From a bacterium (GTDB taxonomy: Bacteria; Sysuimicrobiota; Sysuimicrobiia; Sysuimicrobiales; Kaftiobacteriaceae), in assembly GCA_036523465.1 (NCBI GenBank), contig DATDEG010000318.1, positions 1 through 35,631 of the forward strand: 35,631 nt of DNA, written 5' to 3'. The first letter of the stretch is position 1. Each line of letters opens with the position of its first letter. The position numbers and the translations under genes were made by a program. Positions 15,022 through 25,741 of the stretch are shown here, one piece after another. Below the pieces are notes generated by a model. That model was not told the DNA's origin, did not search any database, and saw only the letters and a list, made by a program, of their open reading frames with translations.

Positions 15022-15213
15022 CTAGCTTGCTCGAGCCACTCTCCCGCTCTTCAGGCAATCCGTGCATACATACCTGCGTCGTGGCGTCTTGTCCACCAGG
15101 ATGCGCACGCGCTGCAGGTTCGGCAGAAATCGACGCCGCGTCTTGACCGCAGAGTGGCTCACCGAATTTCCGACCGAGGGCCGCTTACCGCAGACCGCAC
15201 ACTGTCGCGCCAT
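15022..15213 (-). CDS. rpmB: 50S ribosomal protein L28
   Basis: The track ORF 15022..15393 is trimmed to ATG 15213, preceded by GGAGG. The 63-aa product is [40 protein letters not shown]... Confidence 0.9.
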   Translation of the reverse strand: MARQCAVCGKRPSVGNSVSHSAVKTRRRFLPNLQRVRILVDKTPRRRYVCTDCLKSGRVARAS

Positions 15214-15304
15214 CCTCATCCTCCTACCGTTACGGCACCTGCCGGATTGTATCACGCGTACCTGCCCAAGGAAAGGGTTGCCGGCCGGTAGAACAGTCCC
15301 GCGG

Positions 15305-17377
15305 ATGGCGCGCTCGTCCCCTCTGCACCTCTCCGTGCAATACGTCAAAGGCGTCGGCCCCACCCGGGCGGCCCAGCTCGACCGCCTGGCCATCCGGACC
15401 GTCGAGGATCTCCTCTACCACCGTCCGCACCGCTACGAGGACCGGAGACATCTCGCCCGCATCTCCGAGCTCACCCTCGGTGCGAAGCAATCCACGCAGG
15501 GGACGGTTGTCGCGGTGAGCGAGAAGCGGTACGGCACCTATCAGTTCTTTGCCGCGATCTCCGATGACAGCGGGGTTCTTCAGGCCGTGTGGTTCGGCCA
15601 GCGCTACCTGCGCCGGGTCATCCGGCGCGGCGCCCGGGTCATCGTCTACGGGAAGGTGGAACGCTTCGGCGCGCTGACGATGACCGTCGAAGATTTTGAG
15701 CTCCTCACGGGAGATGCCGACGACACGCTCCACACCGGCCGCATCGTGCCGATCCACCCTACGACAGAGGGGCTCAGCCCGCGCGTGCTGCGCACGATCG
15801 TCGCACAGGTCCTCACCGCCTACCGCGGCGAGATCCCGGAGATCATTCCGGAGCCGCTGCGGCGGGCGCGGGGGTTGATGGACCGGGGCACCGCGTTCCG
15901 ATTCCTGCACTTCCCCGAGACGATGGAACAGACGGAGGAGGCACGGCGCCGGCTGGCGTTCGATGAGCTCCTGGTCCTGCAGTGCGGGGTCTTGCTCCGG
16001 CGCCGGGACATCCAGTCGATCGACAAGGGATTCCATTACCAGGTCCCTGCATCCGAGCTCGAGGCATTCGTCGCCTCACTGCCGTACGTCCTCACCGGAG
16101 CGCAGCGCCGGGTCATCAATGAGATCATCGACGACATGCGGGCGCGGTCGCCCATGAACCGTCTCCTCCAGGGCGACGTGGGCTCAGGCAAGACCGTCGT
16201 CGCCGCCGCGGCGCTTCATTTCGCCGCTCGGGGAGGATCCCAGGGGGCGCTCATGGCCCCAACCGAGATCCTCGCCGAGCAGCACGCGGTGACGTTCCGG
16301 CAGTTGCTCGAACCCCTCGGCCACCGCCTCGGGCTCCTGACCGGCGGTGCCCTCCGCCGCGAGCGCGAGGCGACGAGGGAGGCGCTGCGGGGGGGCGAGA
16401 TCGACATCGCGATCGGCACGCACGCGCTCATCGAGGCCGGTGTCGAATTCCGCCGCCTCGGCCTGGTCGTCGTCGACGAGCAGCACAAATTCGGCGTGAT
16501 GCAGCGGGCCGTGCTACGCCGGAAAGGGTTCCACCCCGACGTCCTGGTGATGACGGCCACGCCGATCCCGCGCACCCTGACCATGACCCTCTACGGTGAC
16601 CTGGATGTGGCGGTGCTCGACGAGCTGCCGCCGGGGCGGGGAGCGGTCAAGACGTATCACCGTGGTCCGGAGAAGCGTGGAGAGGTCTACGCGTGGGTCC
16701 TCGGCAAGATCGCGGAGGGGCAGCAGGCGTACGTCGTCTGTCCGCTCATCGAAGAGTCTGAGAAGCTCCAGGTCGAAGCGGCGGTCGCGATGGCGGAGCG
16801 CCTCCGGAGCGGGCATCTTCGGGGCGTCCCCCTCGAAGTGCTGTACGGCAGGCTCAAACCCGCCGAGAAGGATCGGATCATGGGGCGGTTTCGCGCCGGG
16901 GTGACGAAGGTGCTGGTGGCCACGTCCGTCATCGAGGTCGGCATCGACGTCCCTCAGGCGACCATCATGGTGATCGAGGACGCCGACCGTTTCGGACTCG
17001 CCCAGCTGCACCAGCTGCGGGGGCGCATCGGACGGGGCGCGGAGACATCGTACTGTGTTCTCCTGGCCGAAGAGAAGACCGAGGCGGCGCGGATCCGGCT
17101 GGAGACGATGGTTGCTACCCGCGACGGATTTCACATCGCCCAGCAGGACCTCCAGCTTCGCGGACCCGGTGAGATGTTCGGCACGCGGCAGCACGGCCTT
17201 CCCGACCTGCGTGTCGCCGACCTCCTCGAAGACCAGGCCCTGCTGGAGACCGCGCGGGACGACGCCGTGACACTCCTCCGCCAGGACGCGACGCTGCGAA
17301 CCCCGCAACTGCGGGCCCTCGGAGACGCGGTACGGGCGAAGTTCGGCACCGGCCGCGCGGCCGTGGCGGTGGGCTAG
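15305..17377 (+). CDS. recG: ATP-dependent DNA helicase RecG
   Basis: The track ORF is trimmed to ATG 15305 ([25 protein letters not shown]). Wedge domain, helicase motifs [15 protein letters not shown] and TATPIPRT, and the TRG motif QLRGRIGRG. Confidence 0.9.
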   Translation: MARSSPLHLSVQYVKGVGPTRAAQLDRLAIRTVEDLLYHRPHRYEDRRHLARISELTLGAKQSTQGTVVAVSEKRYGTYQFFAAISDDSGVLQAVWFGQRYLRRVIRRGARVIVYGKVERFGALTMTVEDFELLTGDADDTLHTGRIVPIHPTTEGLSPRVLRTIVAQVLTAYRGEIPEIIPEPLRRARGLMDRGTAFRFLHFPETMEQTEEARRRLAFDELLVLQCGVLLRRRDIQSIDKGFHYQVPASELEAFVASLPYVLTGAQRRVINEIIDDMRARSPMNRLLQGDVGSGKTVVAAAALHFAARGGSQGALMAPTEILAEQHAVTFRQLLEPLGHRLGLLTGGALRREREATREALRGGEIDIAIGTHALIEAGVEFRRLGLVVVDEQHKFGVMQRAVLRRKGFHPDVLVMTATPIPRTLTMTLYGDLDVAVLDELPPGRGAVKTYHRGPEKRGEVYAWVLGKIAEGQQAYVVCPLIEESEKLQVEAAVAMAERLRSGHLRGVPLEVLYGRLKPAEKDRIMGRFRAGVTKVLVATSVIEVGIDVPQATIMVIEDADRFGLAQLHQLRGRIGRGAETSYCVLLAEEKTEAARIRLETMVATRDGFHIAQQDLQLRGPGEMFGTRQHGLPDLRVADLLEDQALLETARDDAVTLLRQDATLRTPQLRALGDAVRAKFGTGRAAVAVG

Positions 17378-17385
17378 AATTCCCC

Positions 17386-17940
17386 ATGAGACGCAAACGG
17401 CACCGGCGACCGGCGGTCCGTTCTTCCCTGCGGCCGACCCAAGGTCGAGTGCGCGACGCCTTGTTCAACAGTCTTGGGTCCTGGATCGGAGGGAGGCGGG
17501 TCCTTGACCTCTTTGCCGGGTCGGGAGCCCTCGGGCTCGCTGCTCTGAAACGCGGCGCAGCCGAAGCGATCTTCGTGGAACAGAATGGCCGGCAGGTAGA
17601 GGGCATCCGCGACGCACTGGCCAAGGAGGGATGGGCGGAGCGCGCTGAGGTGTGGCGGAGAGACGTCCTCGACGCACTCCGGGAGTTGGGGATGCAGCGC
17701 CGGGTCTTCGACCTCATCCTGCTGGATCCCCCCTACGGCGAGGGATGGATCCCGCGAGCATTGCAGGCCATCCGGACCGCGGGGGTGCAGGCGCCGGGCG
17801 GACTGATCGTCGCCGAAGGGCACTGGCGCGACCGGCTCGAGGCGTCGGCGGGCTTCGCGATGCGGCGGGAGGCGCGTTACGGAGAGACAGCGTTGTGGTT
17901 CTACGAAGATGATTCCAAGGCAGGAGGCGAGCAGGCATGA
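17386..17940 (+). CDS. rsmD: 16S rRNA (guanine966-N2)-methyltransferase RsmD
   Basis: RPTQGRVRDALFN, DLFAGSGALGLAAL, and the DPPY motif in LLDPPYGEG. Confidence 0.85.
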   Translation: MRRKRHRRPAVRSSLRPTQGRVRDALFNSLGSWIGGRRVLDLFAGSGALGLAALKRGAAEAIFVEQNGRQVEGIRDALAKEGWAERAEVWRRDVLDALRELGMQRRVFDLILLDPPYGEGWIPRALQAIRTAGVQAPGGLIVAEGHWRDRLEASAGFAMRREARYGETALWFYEDDSKAGGEQA

Positions 17941-18419
17941 CGGTGGCGATCTACCCGGGCAGCTTCGATCCCGTGCACCTCGGACACCTCGACATCATCG
18001 AACGGGCCGCACGGGTCTTCGATCGCGTCATTGTCGCCGTGGCGCGGAATTCGGAGAAGGAGGGGCTCTTCACCCCGGCCGAGCGGCTGGAAATGCTCGA
18101 AGCGGCCGTCGGGGAGATGGGGAAGGTAGAAGTCGGCGCATTCGACGGGCTGACGGTTGAGTTCGCGCGGGAGAGAGGAGCGCGGGTGCTGGTGAAGGGG
18201 TTGCGGGCCGTCGTCGACTTCGAGTACGAGCTCAAGCAGGCATCGATGAATGCCCGGCTCGCCCCCGACCTCGATACGGTCTTCTTCATGACTTCCGCGC
18301 CATATTACTTTCTCAGCTCGACGCTCATCCGCGAGGTCGCCCGGCTCGGCGGGCGGGTTACCGGGCTGGTCCCCGGAGGCGTGGAGGACCGGTTACGCGC
18401 CAAGTTCCGCCGGGCGTAG
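17937..18419 (+). CDS. coaD: pantetheine-phosphate adenylyltransferase
   Basis: YPGSFDPVHLGHLDII, plus the LRAVVDFEYE and SSTLIRE motifs. ATGA overlap with rsmD. Confidence 0.9.
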   Translation: MTVAIYPGSFDPVHLGHLDIIERAARVFDRVIVAVARNSEKEGLFTPAERLEMLEAAVGEMGKVEVGAFDGLTVEFARERGARVLVKGLRAVVDFEYELKQASMNARLAPDLDTVFFMTSAPYYFLSSTLIREVARLGGRVTGLVPGGVEDRLRAKFRRA

Positions 18420-18429
18420 CGCTCTATCG

Positions 18430-18918
18430 ATGCGCGAATCGGTTTTCGAGCTGCTGACCCGCCTCGAGACGCTGCTCCAGCGTGGCGCCGCGGTCCCGCT
18501 CACAGACAAGAAGATGGTCGATGAACGCGAAGCCCTCGGGGTCATCGAGATGATCCGCGCCGTGCTCCCCGCGCAGCTCCGTGATGCGGAAGCACGCGCT
18601 GAGGAGGCCGAGCGAGTCCTCCGCGCCGCGCAGAACGACGCCCGGCGGATCGTGCTCGAGGCCCAGGCGACCGCCCGGCGCATGGTCGAGGAGCACGCGC
18701 TTGTGGCGGAAGCCGCGCAGCGCGGGGAAGATCTCACCGCCCGGGCGGAGCGCGACGCGCAGGCGGTGCGCGAAGGGGCCGACCAGTACGCGGCGCGCGT
18801 CCTCGCCGATCTCGAGCAGAGCGTTAGCCGTGTACTCGACACGATCCGGCGGGGGCGCGAAATGTTGAAAGGGTCCGGCGGGTCGGCCTATAATGAGCAG
18901 TCTGGCGAACGCAGGTGA
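18430..18918 (+). CDS. hypothetical coiled-coil protein (A/E/R-rich, ATP-synthase-b/G-like heptads)
   Basis: 162-aa ORF in the conserved coaD-yceD interval. Coding is supported by its position and tight spacing. No enzymatic motif was recognised. Confidence 0.5.
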   Translation: MRESVFELLTRLETLLQRGAAVPLTDKKMVDEREALGVIEMIRAVLPAQLRDAEARAEEAERVLRAAQNDARRIVLEAQATARRMVEEHALVAEAAQRGEDLTARAERDAQAVREGADQYAARVLADLEQSVSRVLDTIRRGREMLKGSGGSAYNEQSGERR

Positions 18919-19383
18919 GTGGTCGTGCGCGTGGATGTCAGGACACTGGGAATCGGCGAGAGCGTGACGGTGCCGGTGAGCGAGCCGATCGCGCTCCAGG
19001 TCGATGACCAGCGCGTTGACGCGCAGACGTCGGGAACACTGCGGGTGGATCGGACGAACCACGGCGTGCTGGTCCGAGGCCGTGTCCGCGCCCCAGTGCC
19101 GTTGACCTGCAGCCGCTGCCTCATCGCCTTCGAGGCGGCGCTGAACGCCGACGTGGAGGAGGAGTTGTCCATCGCTCCCGTCGGCGGCGCGGAGGGCGGG
19201 GAGCTGAGTGCGGAGGACTTCATCGGGTGGGTCGGGCCTACGCACGAAGTCGATCTCACGGAGATCGTCCGCCAGGACCTGCAGATGAACGTCCCGATGG
19301 CACCCCTGCACGCGGAGAGCTGCCGGGGATTGTGTCCGGTGTGTGGCGCGAACTGGAATGAACGCACGTGTGAGCATCATTGA
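18919..19383 (+). CDS. yceD: YceD/DUF177 family large-subunit rRNA accumulation protein
   Basis: 154 aa. C-terminal CxxxCxxC cluster (CRGLCPVCGANWNERTC). It sits at the canonical position immediately upstream of rpmF. Confidence 0.8.
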   Translation: MVVRVDVRTLGIGESVTVPVSEPIALQVDDQRVDAQTSGTLRVDRTNHGVLVRGRVRAPVPLTCSRCLIAFEAALNADVEEELSIAPVGGAEGGELSAEDFIGWVGPTHEVDLTEIVRQDLQMNVPMAPLHAESCRGLCPVCGANWNERTCEHH

Positions 19384-19398
19384 GACGGAGGTCTCATC

Positions 19399-19584
19399 AT
19401 GGGCATCCAAAAACATCGTCGCTCCCGCATGTCCGGCGCGACTCGGCGTGCGCATTGGAAGGCGAAGACGCCCGGTCTGGTGGAGTGTCCGCAGTGCCAC
19501 CGTCTCATGCGTACGCATCGCGTGTGCGCGAACTGTGGATACTATGCCGGCCGGGAAGTGATCAAGAAGGCTGAAGCCGAGTAG
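19399..19584 (+). CDS. rpmF: 50S ribosomal protein L32
   Basis: 61 aa. RRSRMSGATRRAHWK and the zinc ribbon CPQC...CANCG. RBS GGAGG. Confidence 0.9.
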   Translation: MGIQKHRRSRMSGATRRAHWKAKTPGLVECPQCHRLMRTHRVCANCGYYAGREVIKKAEAE

Positions 19585-19596
19585 CGGGAGAGACGC

Positions 19597-20619
19597 ATGC
19601 GCATCGCGGTCGACGCGATGGGCGGCGACAATGCGCCGGAAGCGATCGTCTCCGGGGCAGTGGTCGCGGCACGAGAGTTGGGCGTGGACGTGGTTCTGGT
19701 CGGGCCGGAGGCTCGGGTGGGGGAGGAGTTGGCCCGGCATCCCGGCCCTCCAGCGCTCGAAATCGTCGATGCGCCCGAAATCATCGAGATGAACGAAGCG
19801 CCGGCGATGGCGCTTCGCCGGAAGCGGCGCGCCTCCGTCGTCGTGGCCGTCGAACTCCTCAAGGCCCGGCGCGTCGATGCCGTCGTGACCGCCGGGCACA
19901 CCGGCGCGGCGATGGGCGCGGCCCTCTTCGGGCTAGGACGGATCCCAGGGGTGGACCGCCCGGCCATCGCCGCCGTGCTGCCCACGCAGACTGAGCGTCC
20001 CGCGATCCTCCTGGACGTTGGGGCGAACATCGACTGCAAGCCACAGCATCTCCTCCAGTTTGCCCTCATGGGATCGGTCTACGCCAACCGGGTGCTGGGG
20101 ACCGCAGCTCCGCGCGTGGGACTCCTCAGCAATGGGGTCGAGGAGGGAAAGGGGTCGGAGTTGACCCTGGCCGCGACGCCGCTGCTCCGCGACTCCGGGC
20201 TCAACTTCGTGGGCAACGTCGAAGCCCGGGACTTCTTTCTCGGCGTCGCAGACGTCGTCGTGTGTGACGGGTTCGTCGGGAACGTGACCATGAAGTTCGG
20301 CCAGGGGCTGGCGCTGGCCATCCGCAACATCGTCAAGGAGGAGTTGCGCGGACTGCGGGGGAAGCTGCTGCGCCTCTACCTGGCCCCCCTGGTCGGATCT
20401 GTCCTGCGATTGTACCGGCGCATTGACTACCGCGAGTACGGCGGAGCACCGCTGCTGGGGATCGACGGGGTCGTCATCATCGCCCACGGCAGCAGCAATG
20501 CGCGCGCGCTGCGCAACGCGATCCGGGTCGCGACGGAGACCGTTTCGCACGGCTTCGTCGAGGAGCTCCGGGCGCGCATGCCGCAGACCCGTGGCGCTAC
20601 ACTGGAGCGGACCACGTGA
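19597..20619 (+). CDS. plsX: phosphate acyltransferase PlsX
   Basis: MRIAVDAMGGDNAP..., plus the VVTAGHTGA and FVGNV motifs. Confidence 0.9.
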   Translation: MRIAVDAMGGDNAPEAIVSGAVVAARELGVDVVLVGPEARVGEELARHPGPPALEIVDAPEIIEMNEAPAMALRRKRRASVVVAVELLKARRVDAVVTAGHTGAAMGAALFGLGRIPGVDRPAIAAVLPTQTERPAILLDVGANIDCKPQHLLQFALMGSVYANRVLGTAAPRVGLLSNGVEEGKGSELTLAATPLLRDSGLNFVGNVEARDFFLGVADVVVCDGFVGNVTMKFGQGLALAIRNIVKEELRGLRGKLLRLYLAPLVGSVLRLYRRIDYREYGGAPLLGIDGVVIIAHGSSNARALRNAIRVATETVSHGFVEELRARMPQTRGATLERTT

Positions 20620-21608
20620 GAGGAACGACGATCGCCGGCATCGGCCACTACTTGCCTGAACGGATCCTCACGAATGCCGAGATGGAACGGATGGTGAACA
20701 CCACCGACGAGTGGATCGTGACCCGGACCGGCATCCGAGAGCGCCGGATCGCTGCGCCCGATCAAGCGAGCTCCGATCTCGCCCTGGAGGCGGCGCGGGA
20801 GGCGATGGCCGACGCCGGAGTCACCGCCGAGGATCTCGATCTCATCATCGTCGGGACGGCGACTCCAGACATGCTCTTTCCCGCGACGGCCTGTGTCCTC
20901 CAGGATCGTCTGGGAGCCAAGCGCGCCGGTGCGTTTGACCTCTCCGCGGCGTGCAGCAGCTGGGTCTACGCCGCGGCCGTCGCGCATGGGTACGTGAGCG
21001 CAGGCCTGGCAGACACGGTCCTTGTTGTTGGTGCGGAGACGCTCTCCAAGATCACCAACTACAAGGACCGCTCCACGTCCGTGCTCTTCGGCGATTCCGC
21101 CGGTGCCGCGGTGGTCCGGCCGTGCGCCTCTGGCGAAGGATTTCTTTCGTTCTATCTGGGGGCAGACGGGGCAGGGGGGCCGCTCATCGCGTTGCCGGCC
21201 GGCGGCTCGCGCCTCCCCGCGAGCTATGAGACCGTGGAGCGTGAGCAGCACTACCTGACGATGAATGGACGCGAGGTCTACAAGTTCGCCGTCCGCGTGA
21301 TCCCGCGCGCGATCGAAGAGGCCGTGCAGCGTGCCGGACTGCGCCTCGAAGATGTCGACTGGTTCATCCCGCATCAGGCCAACATCCGCATCATCGACGC
21401 CGCGGCGCAACGTCTCGGGCAGCCCCGGGAGAAGTTCTACATCAACGTGGAGCGCTTCGGCAACACCTCGTCCGCGTCGGTTCCCGTCGCGCTCTACGAG
21501 GCCGTCCGCTCGGGACGCATCCGCCACGGACACCTCGCCGTGCTCGTCGCCTTCGGCGGCGGCCTGACCTGGGCGTCCTGCGCCATCCGGTGGACAAAGC
21601 AGGCGTGA
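20616..21608 (+). CDS. fabH: 3-oxoacyl-ACP synthase III
   Basis: TSDEWI-type N-terminus (TTDEWIVTRTGIRERR), active-site Cys in LSAACSSW, HQAN, and GNTSSAS. GTGA overlap with plsX. Confidence 0.9.
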   Translation: MRGTTIAGIGHYLPERILTNAEMERMVNTTDEWIVTRTGIRERRIAAPDQASSDLALEAAREAMADAGVTAEDLDLIIVGTATPDMLFPATACVLQDRLGAKRAGAFDLSAACSSWVYAAAVAHGYVSAGLADTVLVVGAETLSKITNYKDRSTSVLFGDSAGAAVVRPCASGEGFLSFYLGADGAGGPLIALPAGGSRLPASYETVEREQHYLTMNGREVYKFAVRVIPRAIEEAVQRAGLRLEDVDWFIPHQANIRIIDAAAQRLGQPREKFYINVERFGNTSSASVPVALYEAVRSGRIRHGHLAVLVAFGGGLTWASCAIRWTKQA

Positions 21609-22549
21609 TTGCGTTCGTCTTCCCAGGGCAGGGTGCGCAGTACGCCGGGATGGGACGTGAACTGGCCCAGTCCTCTCCGGAGGCCGCGGAGGTGTTTGCC
21701 CGCGCAGACCGGACGCTCGGATTTCCTCTCTCGGCGATGTGTTGGGAGGGGCCGGACGAGCTCCTCCGGCAGACCGAGAATACGCAGCCGGCCATCCTCG
21801 CCACCAGTTGCGCCGTCCTCGCCGTCTTGACGGCGCGGGGACTTGCTCCGGATGCCACGGCCGGCCTGAGTCTCGGCGAGTATACTGCGCTGATCGCCGC
21901 GGGGGTCATGACGATGGAGGAAGCGCTTCCGCTCGTCCGCAGCCGCGGCCGGTTTATGCAGGAGGCGGCGGCGGGGCGGCGCACGGCGATGGCCGCGATC
22001 CTCGGACTCACCCCGGAAACAGTCCGGGAAGTCTGCCGCGCCGCATCAGCGCACGGGACCGTTGAGCCGTCAAACTTCAACAGCCCAGGGCAGATCGTCA
22101 TCGCCGGCGACGAGCCGGCCGTCCAGGATGGCATCGCTCGCGCGAAGGCGGCCGGGGCGAAGCGCGCAGTGCTCCTCCCGGTCAGCGCCCCGTTCCACAC
22201 CAGCCTCATGCGGCCGGCCGCGGACCGGTTGAAGCCGCTGCTGGAGGCGGTCCCGCTCCGGGAGGCCGCGATCCCCGTGGTGAGCAACGTCTCGGCCCAG
22301 ACGATCCGTACCCCTGGGGAGATCCGCGATGCGCTCACCGCGCAGGTGGCCAGTCCCGTCCGGTGGGACGATTCGGTCCGGACGATGGTCGGCCTGGGTG
22401 TGCGGGCGTTCATTGAAGTGGGTCCCGGATCGTCCCTGTCCGGCCTCATCCGAAAGACCGTGGACGGCGTGACCATTCTGCGGGCGGAAGATCGAGCCAC
22501 GGTCGAGGAGGCCGTGAGTTGGGCGCTTCCGGAGAAGCGGCGTGCCTAA
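21605..22549 (+). CDS. fabD: malonyl-CoA:ACP transacylase
   Basis: FVFPGQGAQY, and the GLSLGEY active-site serine motif. I prefer the GTG at 21605 (GTGA overlap with the fabH stop) over the track start at 21590. Confidence 0.9.
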   Translation: MIAFVFPGQGAQYAGMGRELAQSSPEAAEVFARADRTLGFPLSAMCWEGPDELLRQTENTQPAILATSCAVLAVLTARGLAPDATAGLSLGEYTALIAAGVMTMEEALPLVRSRGRFMQEAAAGRRTAMAAILGLTPETVREVCRAASAHGTVEPSNFNSPGQIVIAGDEPAVQDGIARAKAAGAKRAVLLPVSAPFHTSLMRPAADRLKPLLEAVPLREAAIPVVSNVSAQTIRTPGEIRDALTAQVASPVRWDDSVRTMVGLGVRAFIEVGPGSSLSGLIRKTVDGVTILRAEDRATVEEAVSWALPEKRRA

Positions 22550-23291
22550 GCTCGGCGGGCGGGTCGCACTCGTCACCGGCGCCTCGGGCGCCCTGGGAGC
22601 ACCCATCGCCCTCGCCTTGGCCCGCGAAGGAGCCGCGGTGATGGCGCATTACGGCGGCAACCGCGAAGGAGCCGAAGCCGTCGTCAGCGCCATCCGTGAG
22701 CTGGGCGGCCGGGCCGAGAGCGTGCAGGGCGATGTCGGCCGCTTTGAGGAGGCGCGTCACGTGGTGGAGGCGGCTGTGGAGGCGTTCGGCGGTCTGTCCA
22801 TCCTCGTGAACAACGCCGGAATCACGCGGGATACCCTTGTCCTCAGGATGAAGGAGGAGGACTGGTCGGCGGTCATCAATACCAACCTGAGCGGCGCGTT
22901 CTACTGCATCAAAGCGGCGTTGCGCGAGTTCCTACGCGCCCGGAGCGGACGGATCATCAACATCACCTCCGTCGCCGGGCAGCTGGGCACCGCCAGTCAG
23001 GCGAACTACGCGGCGGCGAAGGCCGGGCTCATCGGGCTCACGCGGTCGGTGGCGCGAGAGGTGGCCAGCCGCGGGATCACCGTGAACGCGCTGGCTCCCG
23101 GGTTCATCGACGCCGGGATGACGATGCAGCTTCCCGCCGACATCGTGGGCAGCTACATCGAGCAGGTTCCGTTGGGAAGGGCGGGGAAACCTGAGGAAGT
23201 GGCCGCGGCCGTGGTGTTCCTGGCCTCGGACGACGCGGCGTACATCACCGGACAGGTGCTCAACGTCGACGGCGGGTTGGTGATGCACTAG
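22542..23291 (+). CDS. fabG: 3-oxoacyl-ACP reductase
   Basis: SDR motifs TGASGALG, NNAG and YAAAKAG. Position in the fab operon supports the call. Confidence 0.9.
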   Translation: MPKLGGRVALVTGASGALGAPIALALAREGAAVMAHYGGNREGAEAVVSAIRELGGRAESVQGDVGRFEEARHVVEAAVEAFGGLSILVNNAGITRDTLVLRMKEEDWSAVINTNLSGAFYCIKAALREFLRARSGRIINITSVAGQLGTASQANYAAAKAGLIGLTRSVAREVASRGITVNALAPGFIDAGMTMQLPADIVGSYIEQVPLGRAGKPEEVAAAVVFLASDDAAYITGQVLNVDGGLVMH

Positions 23292-23312
23292 CAGCGGATG
23301 GTCTGGCGCCAC

Positions 23313-23332
23313 GCCGGGCCGTCGTGCCCGGC
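23313..23332 (+). other. GC hairpin between fabG and acpP
   Basis: GCCGGGC-CGTCGT-GCCCGGC, read directly. No T-tract. It may be a processing or attenuation element. Confidence 0.3.
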
Positions 23333-23414
23333 CATGTGCTGATCACCGTTCGTTGGTTGCCTCTTGCGTTGAACGTCTGCCGGCGAGGAAAATGATTGTC
23401 TGAGGGGGAGAGGG

Positions 23415-23666
23415 ATGGCTTCCGTCTTCGATCGCGTCAAAGGTATCGTGGTTGAGCAGCTGGGCGTGGCCGAGGAGGAGGTCACTGCGGAGGCGTCGTT
23501 CGTGGACGATCTCGGGGCCGATTCGCTGGACGTCGTGGAGCTGGTCATGGCCCTGGAAGAGGAATTCGGTGTGGAGATTCCCGACGAGGACGCCGAGAAG
23601 ATCGTCACGGTCGGCGAGGCGGTGAAGTATATCGAATCCCACGCCGGCGAGCACGCCGCAGAGTAG
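23415..23666 (+). CDS. acpP: acyl carrier protein
   Basis: 83 aa with the phosphopantetheine attachment motif [13 protein letters not shown]. Strong RBS GAGGGGGAGAGGG. Confidence 0.95.
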   Translation: MASVFDRVKGIVVEQLGVAEEEVTAEASFVDDLGADSLDVVELVMALEEEFGVEIPDEDAEKIVTVGEAVKYIESHAGEHAAE

Positions 23667-23723
23667 CCGTCCCGGCCCGCCCCGCTTACCCGCCGTTTCC
23701 TTCTTTCGGGCTCGCGAGCGCCT

Positions 23724-24971
23724 ATGACGACACAACATCGTGTCGCGGTGACCGGTATCGGTGTGGTCAGTCCCATCGGTATCGGCAAAGACCGCTTCTG
23801 GGAAAGCTTGGTCGCCGGCCGGAGCGGTGTCGGCCGCATCACGCGCTTCGATGTTTCGGGATGGGACACGCAGATCGCGGCCGAGGTCCGCGACTTCGAT
23901 CCGCTCCTGTGGATGGAGCGCAAAGAGGTCCGGCGGAACGACCGCTTCGTTCAGTTCGCCTACGCCGCCAGCCGCCTGGCCCTCGACGACGCCCAGTTCG
24001 CGATTACCAGGGAGAACGCTCCCCGTGTGGGCATCCTCATCGGCTCCGGGATCGGCGGTGCCGAGACCTGGGAAGAGCAGCACCGGATCCTCATCGAGAA
24101 GGGCCCGAACCGCGTCAGTCCCTTCTTCATCCCGATGATCATCATCAACATGGCCTCGGGTGTTGTGTCCATCCTGCTTGGGGCGCGGGGTCCTAACGCC
24201 TCGGTGGTCACGGCCTGCGCGACCGGCGGGAACGCCATCGGTGACGCGACGCGCATCATCCAGCGCGGCGAAGCCGATGTCATGCTCGCCGGCGGATCCG
24301 AGGCGACGATCACGCCGCTCAGCCTCGCCGGATTCGTCTCGATGAAGGCGATGTCCAGGCGTAACGACGCTCCCGAGCGGGCGTCCCGGCCATTCGACGC
24401 CAATCGCGACGGCTTCGTTATGGGCGAGGGGTCGGGCGTTGTCCTCCTCGAGAATCTCGAGCAGGCCCTGCGCCGCGAGGCGCACATCTACGGTGAGCTG
24501 GTCGGCTACGGGATGAGCGGCGACGCCTACCACATCACACAGCCCGATCCGGAGGCGGACGGGGCCTCGCGGAGCATCCGCAACGCCCTGCACGACGCCC
24601 GGATGGAGCCGTCGGAGATCGACTACATCAACGCGCACGGGACGAGCACGCCGTACAACGACCGCACCGAGACGCTGGCGATCAAAAAGGTGTTTGGAGA
24701 CCATGCCCGCCGCGTGGCCGTGAGTTCCACGAAATCGATGACCGGGCACCTGCTGGGGGCCGCCGGCGGCGTCGAGTTGGTCGCCTGCGCGCTGGTCCTC
24801 GAGCACCAGATCCTCCCGCCGACCATCAACTACGAGACGCCTGATCCGGAGTGCGACCTGGACTACGTGCCGAACACGGCGCGGCCGGCCGCGGTGCGGA
24901 CCGCCATGTCCAACGCCTTTGGGTTTGGAGGACACAACGCGATCCTTATCCTGCGCAAGTATGAGGGGTGA
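23724..24971 (+). CDS. fabF: 3-oxoacyl-ACP synthase II
   Basis: 415 aa. Active-site Cys in VVTACATGG, His motifs NAHGTST and [12 protein letters not shown], and C-terminal [10 protein letters not shown]. Confidence 0.9.
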   Translation: MTTQHRVAVTGIGVVSPIGIGKDRFWESLVAGRSGVGRITRFDVSGWDTQIAAEVRDFDPLLWMERKEVRRNDRFVQFAYAASRLALDDAQFAITRENAPRVGILIGSGIGGAETWEEQHRILIEKGPNRVSPFFIPMIIINMASGVVSILLGARGPNASVVTACATGGNAIGDATRIIQRGEADVMLAGGSEATITPLSLAGFVSMKAMSRRNDAPERASRPFDANRDGFVMGEGSGVVLLENLEQALRREAHIYGELVGYGMSGDAYHITQPDPEADGASRSIRNALHDARMEPSEIDYINAHGTSTPYNDRTETLAIKKVFGDHARRVAVSSTKSMTGHLLGAAGGVELVACALVLEHQILPPTINYETPDPECDLDYVPNTARPAAVRTAMSNAFGFGGHNAILILRKYEG

Positions 24972-25741
24972 ACACGCCCGTGGTGCCTGACCCAGCGCCC
25001 ACAGCGCTGGAAGCGCCGGCCTTGAGCCCGGAGCGCGCCGCCGAGGTAGCTGTCCTGGAGGAGAAGCTCGATGTGCGGTTCCGCGATCGCGGGCTGCTGA
25101 ATCTTGCCCTCCAGCACGGCTCGTTTGGACATGAAGGTCGCGGCGGACGCCGCGAGAGCTACGAGCGTCTGGAGCTCCTCGGCGACGCCGTCCTCAATCT
25201 CGTCGTCTGCGATCATCTCTATCATCGATATCCGGAGTCCGCTGAAGGCGAACTGGCGAAGCTTCGGGCGCGGATCGTCAGCGAGCCGTACCTGGCGCGG
25301 ATCGCCCAGCGGCTCGACCTCAGCCGTTTCATCCTGCTGGGCAAAGGGGAGGAGAAATCTGGAGGAAGAAGCCGGCCCTCATTGCTGGCCGATGTCATCG
25401 AAGCCGTGCTGGGCGCTGTCTACGTGGACTCCGGGTTTGGGGTGGCCCACGCGGTGACGACGCAGCTGCTCCAGGACACGTTCGAGGAGGTCGAGCAGCC
25501 GGGGGAGGACTACAAGAGCGCGCTCCAGGAGCTCCTCCAGGAGCGGGAACGCCGCTTACCCCGCTACCGCATCAGCGCTGTGGAGGGACCGGACCACGCG
25601 AAGCTCTTTGCAGCGACCGTCGAGGCGGGAGGCCGCATTCTCGGCGAAGGGCGGGGGCCGAGCAAGAAAGCCGCGGAACAGGCGGCGGCCCAGGCCGCGT
25701 TGGTATTCTTACAGCGGCGGGCTGGACGGGCTCGCCGGTGA
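24968..25741 (+). CDS. rnc: ribonuclease III
   Basis: Signature [11 protein letters not shown] and a C-terminal dsRBD ([16 protein letters not shown]). GTGA overlap with fabF. Confidence 0.9.
   Translation: MNTPVVPDPAPTALEAPALSPERAAEVAVLEEKLDVRFRDRGLLNLALQHGSFGHEGRGGRRESYERLELLGDAVLNLVVCDHLYHRYPESAEGELAKLRARIVSEPYLARIAQRLDLSRFILLGKGEEKSGGRSRPSLLADVIEAVLGAVYVDSGFGVAHAVTTQLLQDTFEEVEQPGEDYKSALQELLQERERRLPRYRISAVEGPDHAKLFAATVEAGGRILGEGRGPSKKAAEQAAAQAALVFLQRRAGRARR

Noticed and set aside
18424-19899. 491-aa minus-strand ORF across the coiled-coil gene, yceD, rpmF and plsX
   Set aside because: It spans four independently supported plus-strand genes, including ribosomal protein L32. It is a high-GC antisense artefact.
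20427-24935. Minus-strand ORFs 20427..21533, 21442..22500, 23288..23923 and 23343..24935 over the fab operon
   Set aside because: The opposite strand encodes fabH, fabD, acpP and fabF with catalytic motifs. The antisense translations are low-complexity R/A/P/S-rich.
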